A stretch of 64,000 bases of DNA, from NCBI RefSeq assembly GCF_000143415.4, contig NW_003314265.1, positions 3,129,987 through 3,193,986 of the forward strand. Reading direction: 5' to 3'. The notes below the pieces were generated by a model that ran no database searches, was not told the origin of the DNA, and saw only the letters and a list, made by a program, of their open reading frames with translations. This stretch comes from Selaginella moellendorffii. Lineage: Eukaryota; Plantae; Lycopodiophyta. Below, in pieces: positions 40,027 through 49,629 of the stretch; the stretch's first letter is position 1, and the number at the start of each line of letters is the position of its first letter. The position numbers and the translations under genes were made by a program.

Positions 40027-41035
40027 TGCAACGTGTATGTACATTTCTCCAAGTCCCTTAGGGATCAAAACAACATTGAGAGCGCACTCTCGAAGAAACT
40101 AGTGAAACTATGAGCGCGAACGCCCGGCGCTGCTCTTGGGCCGTCCACCTCCCAAGTGACTCCACTGCGGAGCTTGAAGCCACCTGCTTCGCCTCGCCAC
40201 TCTTGGGCCGTCCACCTCCCAAGTGACTCCACTGCGGAGCTTGAAGCCACCTGCTTCGCCTCGCCACTCCTCCACTCGGTCACAATGATGTCAAGCCGGA
40301 CGAACACCATGTCGATCTAGCTCGACGTCGTCGCAGCCAAGCAGTCCAACTCGAGCACGATGACCCGGCATCGCTCATAGGTCACTCGCCTCCAAGGTGA
40401 TTCCACTGCACAAGCTGAAGCCACCTGTTACGCCCCAAGACGTGATGCTGTGTCTTGGAGCGCCTACCTCCCCAGTGTACTTCCAGCACTAAGTCAGTGC
40501 CCATTGCGAACAAACTCCAAGGCGTAGAACAAGCAAGGTGTGAGCCTCCTCCAGCTCTAGACTAGAGCGTGCTACCTTGCCTCCCACACTAGACAAGTGC
40601 GCTGGCCCCCTTCAATGATATACGAGCCCCCGTTGCCGGCATCGCGACAATCACAAGACTTGCAAGCCTCCGCGAACCTCCTCAAAGGACTAGCCCTGAA
40701 GCAAGAACCATGTGGGATCCCCTCCGCGAGCAAACCAACTCGGCCATCCGCCACTGGCCCCCTTTGTGACAGCACTTCCCTGTCACTAGATCCAAAAATG
40801 CGCCCATAGTGTCTTCCACGTCCATCCACCGCGGACACTTCGCTATGTCGGGATGACGTCCCGAACTGTCCTCCACCAGTCAACAAAGTTCCCATGACTT
40901 GGTCGTGTTTCCACGACTCAAGTCGCCAAGAACCTCCGACACATGCAGCTTCACGCTCTCCGTACCTCAGTCGCCACCTTGCATGGCCCGACCTAAGGCG
41001 AGAAATCCCGCTCGAAGCTGCGAGACCAACAACCG
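40027..41035. mobile_element. unclassified insertion with a 16-bp target-site duplication inside the tRNA-Arg gene
   Basis: GGGATTGTGGGTTCGA at 40011-40026 and 41036-41051. No TIR, LTR or poly(A) visible; contains 67-bp tandem repeats. Confidence 0.8.
40133..40269. repeat. 67-bp tandem repeat x2, with diverged copies at ~40385-40490
   Basis: CTCTTGGGCCGTCCACCTCCCAAGTGACTCCACTGCGGAGCTTGAAGCCACCTGCTTCGCCTCGCCA starts at 40133 and again at 40200. Confidence 0.92.
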
Positions 41036-41281
41036 GGGATTGTGGGTTCGAGTCCCACCGAGAGTGATCTTTTTTTTGTTCTTTATTGCCACGTGGCAGA
41101 ATATTAGAGGCTTATTTTTAGGGCGTCACGTCATTGTCGGGCACGCCATTGTTGTTCAAGCACGCGATCGCGCGCTGGTGGATCGTAAGTGCTAGATAGC
41201 CTAGATCTTAAGATTGTAGCGGCCCGGCCGCGGCTGGGGAGTAAGGAGAGGATTTTTGGGCGCTAGGGGTTTTCGGGGATC

Positions 41282-42436
41282 ATGAGCTATCAGGACATAG
41301 AATCCAATGAAGGGCCTTCGCCGAGCAAGCAACAGCGGGCTACGTCGCTGCTGTCGAGCGGCGTTTTCCAAATCAACACAAGAGTGTCCGCCTTCAAGAA
41401 GCTCGTCAATAATTTGGGAACTCCCAAAGACACGGTTGAAGGACGCAAGCAGCTGTAAGTCAAAAGAACTTTGTTCTTCCGTTCATGCTGTGATTTTATT
41501 TTCATTCTTGTCTAGTCACAAATTGCGGCAACAGATTGGGAACATGGTGAAGGACACCTCGGACGCGTTGAAGGAAGCAAGCAAAATCGACCACAGTGTT
41601 CCAGGAAGTGTAGGATCTTTTCTCTCCTTTGTGGTTTTTTCTTTACTCGTTGATGGATCATACAGGCCAGCAAGAAATACGAAGATGCAAAGCTTGCAAG
41701 AGATTTCCAGGCGGTTCTGCAGGACTTTCAAGCAGTCCAGAAGAAAGCTGCCGAATGGGAAGCAGCGTATACACCGTTCGTCCCTGAAGCCGTTCTTCCT
41801 TCGAGGTACTTGCTTCATCACGTCAACCAAGTTTCTGATTTCCAGCTTCTTATTCCATATAGTTACACAGCCGGTGAGCTAAACCTTACTTCACAGGAGA
41901 GTCGAGAGGATCGAGCTATGCTAGTCGAGCAAAGACGGTACTCTACTTGTCTGTTCTCTTTCTCTCATCTCTGAACTGGCTGATTGATGCAGGCAAGATG
42001 TCTTGCGTCTGGAGAACGAAGTCATGTTCAATGAAACCATCATCGAGGAGCGAGAAGAAAGCATAAGAGAGATCCAAAATCAAATAGGAGAAGTGCATGA
42101 GATTTTTTCCGACCTGGCTGTTTTGGTGCGAGAGCAAGGCAACATTATAGGTGAGGATTTGTTGCAAGACTTGTTGTGGTATCAAAACCTTTGTTGTTTT
42201 ATTGCTGTATAGGTGAGGTCGAGACAAATGTGGATAGCTCCGAAGCTCTAACTCGCGATGCGAGGCGGCACTTGTCAAGAGCCGAGGAGAGTCAAAAGTC
42301 CGGAACATCTCTGGTAAGTTTGATCTCTTTTTTACCTCTGATTGGCAACTTTACCTTTGTTTTTCCGCAGACTTGTTTGTTGGTCTTCCTCTTTGGCGTC
42401 TTACTCTTGGTGATCCTCATAGTGTTTGTAGCTTAA
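41282..42436 (+). CDS. SYP22: Qa-SNARE syntaxin, SYP2 (SYP21/22) family, 7 exons
   Basis: MSYQDIE, VFQINT, LGTPKDT, AKLARDFQAVL, IIEERE..IREIQNQIGEVHEIFSDLAVLVREQG and a C-terminal TM anchor. Confidence 0.92.
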
Positions 42437-42666
42437 AGGGTGTTCTCTGGTTTGTTTTCCAGCGTTTCTCTATCAGAGCCAGCGATGTGGTGGACAAATG
42501 TGTACAGTATTCTTTGCTGTGAATAATCAGCGCGAGCGATCCACCGAGACTTAGTCGTCCCAAAACTCGAGATAAGCCTTACATGAACTAGACTTACGCG
42601 GAAGTTTCTATTTGGAAGGTCAGCTCTAGCACAGAGGAAGGAGACGAGCCTAGGCGGCTCAGCAGC

Positions 42667-43237
42667 ATGGAGGATCGAGTGTGGCAGCCTTCTCTGTCCA
42701 AGTCCCAACGAGATGTCAGCTACAGGTTCGTGAAGAATTTTTTTTCTGGAGGACGGCATTTTGATCCTTCTCGTTTCAGCTGTGGAGCTTGCGGATTTGC
42801 TTTGAAGCTAAGCTCGTCGGATCGCTTGGTGCAGGAGAGGGGGAGCAAATACGAAAGCTTCAGCCGAAAGAAAGTTCTGGTGTTCGTGGACATCGATGAC
42901 AGCCGGTTCCAGTTGGAAGAGGCTACCACGTACTGCTGGAGCTGGAGCTGGAGCATTGTCAAAAATCGCCGGAGAGAAACATCCAAGCTGCGGTGTAAGA
43001 AGTGTGGAGCACATATCGGCTGTATCCGAGAATCGCATGTAGAGCCCCACAGGAGGTACTGCGTGAAGATCACCAAAGTTCTTCCGGAGCAAGATATCGC
43101 CCCTATCACCACCAGGTTTGAGATTCTCGTTCAGGACGGGCATAGAACTGATCTCTTCTTTCTCCAGCTTTAGAGGAGACTTCTCTTGGACTGAAGATCA
43201 CCAAAGCTCTTCCTGGACTTCTACAGGAAGTTTCTAA
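42667..43237 (+). CDS. At4g08330-family (Yippee/Mis18-like Zn-binding) protein
   Basis: RDVSY-SCGACGFALKLSSSDR, IDDSRF and KLRCKKCGAHIG. Introns at ~42726-42779 and ~43115-43167. Confidence 0.75.
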
Positions 43238-43369
43238 TGCGTCGGCCAAAGATCTCTCTTCAAGCCAAAGTAAGTTTCCAAATAGCCTTGATCATCACCA
43301 GCACCACAAAGTGAAGATCACCGAAGTTCTCCTTGGAAGTTTCGAAGAGCTATAACGATTTCTCTAGAG

Positions 43370-43841
43370 CTACTTTCCTTGCTGTGCTGCTGCTCCGGCC
43401 CTGGATTGATGCAAAGCTTTGATCTTGAGTCGATACCTTGGAAGTCGAGGAACTACTTGGCTCGGCCCAAATCCATACTGCCCTGTTGGATTGTCGGTGA
43501 TGGCCGGCCCATCTTTGTAAATGTAGCCAACGAGCTTCCCGCAAGAAATGCACAGCAGCTTGATCCGGTCGCGCTGGATCCCCCAGTGATCGATCGTCTC
43601 GAAGAAGGGGAAAATCCTCTTGTCGCGCTCTTGCCTGAATTTCGTGTCGTCGATGGCGGTGAAGGAGATCGTCCCCTTGTTCCCGGCCTCGAAATACGTA
43701 TCGGCAGGGTAGACGTTGGAAGGATCGAGATTGAGAAGCGCGCCACAGCACACACAGCTGCGAGAGATTTCGATGGATGGATTCAATGGGATCGATCGAA
43801 TCAAAAGAAGGAAGCGAATACCTGAAGACGACGTCGTCCAT
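43370..43841 (-). CDS. At2g17705/At4g08330-family (Yippee/Mis18-like) protein, 2 exons
   Basis: CVCCGALLNL, YFEAGNKGTISF, PFFETIDHWGIQR, CISCGKLVGYIY.DGP, GQYGFGPSQVVPRLPRYR. Confidence 0.85.
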
Positions 43842-44128
43842 CGTGCCCAAGAACCCTAATTTCTTCCAACGTACATTCCGTCGAGGTCTCTAGAATATAC
43901 CATCTCAGTCATTCTAACCGAGTCGCGGAGGAATATTTGTTCCTTCCAGTGGGCTATGGCGTGATCGAAGGGCGCGATTGCGGCAAGGCGCGTGGTGCCA
44001 GGAATTCGAGGCGCTGAGCCGGTCGACGCGAGAGTTTCCGAAATCGCGAGGTAAGATCTGGATCGAGAGTCTAGGTTTTCGATGCAAGCGAAGAACGCAG
44101 GGCGCGATCGATCTGGGAGCTCATCGGA

Positions 44129-45359
44129 ATGGCGAATGAGGTGCTGGAGGAGCTCGCGCAGATATTCCGAGCTGCCAGCAAGAAGATGTCAGCTCTAGTC
44201 TCCTTTCTCATGCATCACAAGGTAAGAGCAGCGCTTTGCTCTCAAGAACACCGATTCTTAGCTCGGGGAAATTGTAGGATGCTAGCTCCATCGGGGCAAT
44301 CGCAGGGTTTGCCATAGCTCTGGTGTGTACCTGGAGGTACATGAGAAGCTCCAATCCAGTTCGTCGTCCCAAGCCCACCGTCAAAGTGGAGGCTCCCTCC
44401 TCATCCTCTTCGGACTCCACCTCTGGCAGCTCCACTGCGATTGAGTCCCGTGGATCACAAGCCAGGCAGCGTGGAGTGGCCATCCAGGAGGCTCCTTTAT
44501 CAAAGGTAAGCTAGAAAAAAAATTGTTTCCTTCTTCTTTGTGTAGTGACAATGCGCTCTCTTCTTCCTTTTAGCTCACTTTGGCTCAGTCGGTGAAGCGC
44601 CAGCTCAAAGGTGGACGAAAGGTAGCGAAGTTTATATCTTTTCTTCTGTGTTGACATGGTGAAATTCGTGACCAGGTGACTTGCCAACTACTTGGAGTGG
44701 TGCTTCAGGAAAATTCGACTGCTGATCTCGAGGTAGCTTCCTCCTTGTGAGTTTGCATTCTACTCCGAGTTTAGCTTTTTTCACGATGAAAGTTTAGGCG
44801 TGTTTGACAATCGTCAAGTTCTCGCTAACAGAATCATGCTGTGGTGCGACCAGCGGCAGCTGACGTTCTCCTAGAACTGGCCCAGTGCTGCGATCTCTAC
44901 CTGATGTCCAGAGTTAACGATGATGCAAGCGAGGTGTGTGTATGGATGTGTATCTTCGCTGCTCACAGATATCTGTGCAGGAAGCAATACTCGCCGCGTT
45001 GGATCAGATCGGCCTGTTCAGCAAAGCAAACTTCAACCGTAACAAGGTGAAGCCGAAGTACTTTTGGCAAAAGGTTTTTCACTGAGTTGGTGCTTTGAAT
45101 TCAGGTACTCTTTTGCAGTTCCGAGGCTGGGAGGTGCTCCTTCGTGAGGCAACTCGAGCCTGACTGGCACATCGATACGTCGGTAGACATTGTTAATCAG
45201 CTGGCTGTAAGTTCATTCTCATCTGTTCTCCCACTTGACGCGGTTAGTTTGCAGCGGTACATACACCACGAGCTCCTCATATCTCCAGCACCCTTGGGAT
45301 CCATGCCGTCCAACGTCCTTGAAACGAACACCCTGGAGAGCTACTTCGACTGTCGCTGA
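44129..45359 (+). CDS. PEX22: peroxin PEX22, multi-exon
   Basis: SIGAIAGFAIALVCTW TM segment, GGRKVTCQLLGVVL, CDLYLM.RV.DD.SE, KVLFCS.E.GR.SFVRQLEPDWHIDT. Confidence 0.9.
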
Positions 45360-45504
45360 TTCTGGTATATCCTAGTAAATAAACAGTTCTTTGAGGTATA
45401 GAGCGTTGTATTTTGAGACTTCTAATAAGAGCAGAAGCAGGGTTTTTCCTTTGCAGCTTACCGGTGAGATGTATCCCACGATTCTTTTGTGACTGATCTT
45501 CTTG

Positions 45505-47196
45505 ATGTTGGCAATTCTAAACAGGCGACGAAGTAATCCAGTGAAGCTTACGTGCTCCAAAATCTGGGAGCTGGTCTTGGTTTCCAGAAGGGACTACAAG
45601 TTTTTAAGCGAGCAGGGAAGAATAGAGGCTGAGAAGGGGAAGGTCAGGGATCAAGTAGACAGACTGGTCCAGGCAGGGGTAGACGAAGGCGCTCAGACTT
45701 ACGCGCATTTGCTACTTAAGTGTGGAGACTACAAGCTTTTGGCTGAGGGGGAACGTCTTCATGCAACTATCTACGAGAGATGGAGGCAGCGTCCCGAAAG
45801 ATTGCTCCTGAACTGCTTGGTGGAGATGTATGGCAAGTGTGGAAGCTTGGACAAGGCATGGCTGGTGTTTAGCTCCATCAAGACGTGCAATGTCTACTCC
45901 TGGACGATTGCGATCGCTGCATATGCCGTCAACGGGGACTACAGCGGGGCACTTGCTCTCTTCCGGAAGATGGACTTGGACGGTGTGAAGGCCAACTTTG
46001 TGACTTACGTGAACGTGATTAGTGCGTGCTCTGGGCTGCTGGACCCGAGAGAATGCACGCGAGTCCACAGCCGTGTGGTCGAAGAAGGCTTTGATGGAGA
46101 CTTGGTGGTGGCGACGGCTTTGGTCACTATGTATGGGAAGTGTGCTGACTTTGGCGCTGCTAGGATGGTGTTCGAGAAGATCTCCTCGAAGAACGATGTG
46201 GTCTCCTGGAACGCGTTGATAGCAGCTTACGCTCAGCAGGGACTGTACCGGGAGTGCGTCGAGCTCTACGAGAGAATGCCCGTGAGAGCCAACGAGGTGA
46301 CTTTCGTGAGCGTGGTCGACGCCTTTGCGGGTCTGGGGGACCTGGAACACAGCCGGAGAGTTCATGCCAGGATTGTCGAGGACGGACTGGAGAACGACTG
46401 CCTAAAGTCGGCACTGGTGGACGCTTACGGCAAGTGTGGGAGCCCAGCGGAATCAAAGCAGGTGTTCGACTCCATGGTGTGGAGGGAGAGCTCGACTTGG
46501 AACGCGCTCATCGCAGCTTTCGCCCAGCAGCGTGACAGCGTGACTTGCGTGGCGATCCTCCGGCAGATGGACCAGGACGGGGTGAGGTCCACCGAGCTGA
46601 CGTTCGTGAGCTTGCTTGGGGGATTCTCTACGACGGCGAGCTTGCGAGCGGGACGCCAGCTCCACTCTCGAGTTCTAGCCATGGGGTTCTACTCGGACTT
46701 GATGGTCGGCTCGGCGCTGGTGACCATGTATGGGAGGTGCGGCGCTGTGGAGCAAGCCCGGGCAGTGTTTGACGGGATGGAGGAGAGGAACGCGGTGAGC
46801 TTCAATTCCATGATCGGAGCTTACGCGGAGCTGGGCCTCGCGAGGCAGGCGCTCGAAGTTTTGTGGGCTATGGACCAGGTGGGACTGGCTCCAGACTCGG
46901 TGACTTTGCTCAGCGTGCTCTTCTCTTGCAGCCATGCGGGGTTGCTTGGCGAGGGCCTCGCCAACTTTCGGTCCATGAGAGATGATAGGGGGATGGAGGT
47001 GAAGCTGGATCACTACCGGTGCCTGGTGGACCTGTTCGCGAGGTCGGGGTGGCTTGCTGAGGCGGAGGAACTGATCGAGATCAAGTTTGCAGGCTGCGAT
47101 GATCTCATGTCGAGGCTGAGCTTGCTGAGTGCTTGTATCATCCAGGAGGACGGTGAGAGGGGATCCAGGTCGGCCACGCTTCTTAACTTTACTTAG
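45505..47196 (+). CDS. PLS-class PPR protein, intronless, with a truncated E domain
   Basis: Repeated L..MYGKCG.L..A..VF and NVVSWN motifs, then HYRCLVDLFARSG. The ORF ends soon after LLSAC. Confidence 0.9.
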   Translation: MLAILNRRRSNPVKLTCSKIWELVLVSRRDYKFLSEQGRIEAEKGKVRDQVDRLVQAGVDEGAQTYAHLLLKCGDYKLLAEGERLHATIYERWRQRPERLLLNCLVEMYGKCGSLDKAWLVFSSIKTCNVYSWTIAIAAYAVNGDYSGALALFRKMDLDGVKANFVTYVNVISACSGLLDPRECTRVHSRVVEEGFDGDLVVATALVTMYGKCADFGAARMVFEKISSKNDVVSWNALIAAYAQQGLYRECVELYERMPVRANEVTFVSVVDAFAGLGDLEHSRRVHARIVEDGLENDCLKSALVDAYGKCGSPAESKQVFDSMVWRESSTWNALIAAFAQQRDSVTCVAILRQMDQDGVRSTELTFVSLLGGFSTTASLRAGRQLHSRVLAMGFYSDLMVGSALVTMYGRCGAVEQARAVFDGMEERNAVSFNSMIGAYAELGLARQALEVLWAMDQVGLAPDSVTLLSVLFSCSHAGLLGEGLANFRSMRDDRGMEVKLDHYRCLVDLFARSGWLAEAEELIEIKFAGCDDLMSRLSLLSACIIQEDGERGSRSATLLNFT

Positions 47197-47599
47197 TGGA
47201 CATTTCAACATGAAAGAAAATGACGACTTGAAAAAAAGACATCAATCCGAGCCTTTGACGAGACCATCACAGGGTTTGATCAGATCTTGTGTCGATAGAA
47301 AAGGAGTATGTAAACGTTATTAGACTCACCCAGTACAAGACTTGCTCCTTCCAATCAGCACAGCAGCAGTTTGGAGCACTCTCGTCCACTCGGACCAGGT
47401 ATTCTTCGGGGTTGACCGAGAGACCACCTCGGTGCTCTCGCATTGATTCATCCTGCAAGGCTAGCCGCCAGCCATTTGTGTATATAATTCCACGTTCGCT
47501 GCATAGAATCACACAACCAAGCTTTTCTTCTGAATTTTCACTCTAGCATTTCCTCTTCGTAGTATTTGGTTTCTTGTTTGTGTTTTTCCTGGTATAGCT

Positions 47600-47960
47600 G
47601 GTGCAGTTTGCTCTTCTTTTATCTCAGGTACTCCAAAGAGAATAAGGAAATTTAGCTGTCCTTCCTTGTACTTCAGAAAGAAGTTTAGATTGTGGTCACA
47701 CTAACTTGTCCTGGCAGTTCAAAGGTAAAAAACGAAATAAGTTACATGATATCCAAGCCAGTAAAGGAACCAGTAGCAGCATAACATATTTCTGAAAAGA
47801 GAAAAGCTCGTGTCAAATGCCAAACACCCCTCTGCTTTTTGTATCTGACCTCCAACAGGAACTACAATAGCGTCATTCTTTCCGTTTACAAACCATTCTT
47901 TTATGTCCCCGTTTTTTATCACAAACTTGTAAGAGCCGACTTTACAAACAAGTTTGAGGT
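47600..47960 (-). other. divergent macrodomain-like coding fragment
   Basis: FVIKNGDIKEWFVNGKNDAIVVP resembles the plant macrodomain motif GDITKW.VDG..DAIVN. Gene structure unresolved. Confidence 0.35.
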
Positions 47961-48184
47961 TCTTATCTCAAACCACAAACTCGGAAAAAGAAAACAAAGG
48001 TCCATCACCATAGGCTTGCAAGAGGTAAAGGGTTCGGGTACTTGAGGGTTCCCGTTGGCTGAAAACAGTTAGCTATAGTTGATGTACTGTACGTACCTAG
48101 GGGAAGGAAACCATCGGGTCTAACATCATATATCTCCACCATCGCTTGTTCGTCTTCAGACTCATCCAGGTCTTGAGGCACTGC

Positions 48185-48840
48185 TCGTTTTCCAAATCAA
48201 CATGAGTGTCCGCAAGTCCTGGAACACTGGTCGACTTTGCTTGCTTCCTTCAACGCATTCGAGGTCATGTTCCCAATTTGTTGCCGCAATTTGTGACTGG
48301 ACGAGAGACAAAACGAATCAAAATCCTTGACTTAAGATGAGTGTAACATAATCTTCTCTTCTTTTATGCTGGTTGTTTATTCATTGATCGATGATACAGG
48401 CCGGATGCAAAGCTTGCAAGAGATTTCCAGACAGTTCTGCTTCAAGCAGTCCAGAAGAAAGGTGCCGAATGGGAAGAAGCGTATCCACCCTCCGTCCATT
48501 CTTCCTTCATCTCTGAACTGGCTGATTGATCCAGGCAAGATGTTTTGCGTCTGGAGAACGACCTCATATTCAATGAAGCCATCATCGAGGAACGAGAGAG
48601 AGAGATCCAAAATCAAATAGGAGAAGTGCATAAGATTTTCTTTAACCTTGCTGTTTTGGTGCGAGGGCAAGGTAACCTGATATGTGAGGATTTGTTGTGG
48701 TATCAAAGCCCTCCTGCTCTAAAAGATATCAAACTTACTAGAGATGTTCCAGATGTTTGACTCTGCTTTTTTTATTCCAGTGTTTCTTTATTAGAGCCAG
48801 CGATGTGGTGGACAAATGTGTACAGTATTCTTTGCTATGA
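48185..48840 (+). pseudogene. scrambled partial duplicate of the SYP2 gene
   Basis: Segments match 41362-41392, 41650-41770, 41960-42190 and the 3'UTR at 42460-42520. The ~48215-48305 segment is the reverse complement of ~41505-41605. Confidence 0.88.
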
Positions 48841-48949
48841 GCATTGCTGCATGCATGTGCAGCAAATTATTTAATGATATTAACATGGTGCACATTCTAA
48901 AGTTGGTTTAAATTATCTAAGAGTTTTGGTGTCTTGAAGATGACCTTCT

Positions 48950-49629
48950 TTATTTTATAAGGATGGATTCTGATAATTATTATGGCTGGTGGTGCTTTCA
49001 GTCTTTATTTCATATTTTTTCCACACTTATTATGATTTTTTTATTCTATGTAGGCATATGGGACATCATTATATGACTAAGGAGTTACATAAGTCTTTCT
49101 ATTGATTGAAGATGCAACATGATGTTATTCAGTCTTTATATAACTGTATTTAGTGCCAAACTCGTAATACTCTCACTTGTGTTACAAAAGGAAGGTTGAA
49201 GTTAATTACAATTTTCTATTTATTTGAGTTGGTGGCATTTTATATGATGGGGCCTTTTCCACAGTCAACTGTTGGCAATGAGTATATCATTATTGTTTCT
49301 AATTACTTAACTCATTAGGTGGAAATTAGAGTTCTTATTAGTGTATTTGCAACTACTGTTAGATACTTCCCCTTCAATCGAGTGGTGCTCTAACATTCCT
49401 ATCCAAAGTGAATTCTTTTGAATAATAGTCTTACATTTATGGTTGAGGTATTTTCACATTTTAACATATCGATTGGGGATATGCCACACTTTCACAAATG
49501 CTCATCATCCACAGTCAGATGGTTTTATTTAGACCTTCAAAGGGATGATCGCAAAGTATTTGAACTTTCAGCATTCGGATTGAGATAATTATTTGCCATC
49601 TCTTTAGTATATGTATATCACAAGGGTGT
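48950..49629 (+). mobile_element. gypsy-type integrase remnant (continues at 56738 after the nested insertion)
   Basis: MMGPFPQSTVGNEYIIIVSNYLTH*VE and HHPQSDG...MIAKY...D*DNYLP, resuming as SIGASP after the TSD. Confidence 0.75.

Larger units (their letters stand above)
39969..41066 (+). tRNA. trnR: tRNA-Arg(TCT) gene interrupted in the T-loop by a 1009-bp insertion (probable pseudogene)
   Basis: 5' part GCTCTCGTGGCCTAATGGATAAGGCATTTGACTTCTAATCAAGGGATTGTGGGTTCGA (39969-40026) and 3' part GTCCCACCGAGAGTG (41052-41066), with a T8 terminator at 41070-41077. Joined, they form a canonical cloverleaf. Confidence 0.93.

Noticed and set aside
40077-40092. TGAGAGCG-CACTCTCG, complementary to both acceptor strands of the split tRNA
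   Set aside because: Only 7-8 bp matches forming a small local hairpin, with no TGG for a PBS. It could be chance unless conserved in other copies.
40133-40269. Direct repeats as a CRISPR-like array
   Set aside because: Head-to-tail units without spacers, in a eukaryotic context with no cas genes.
40027-41035. Insert as a canonical tRNA intron or a group I/II intron
   Set aside because: Wrong position (T-loop, not 37/38), flanked by a 16-bp duplication, and no recognisable self-splicing intron ends.
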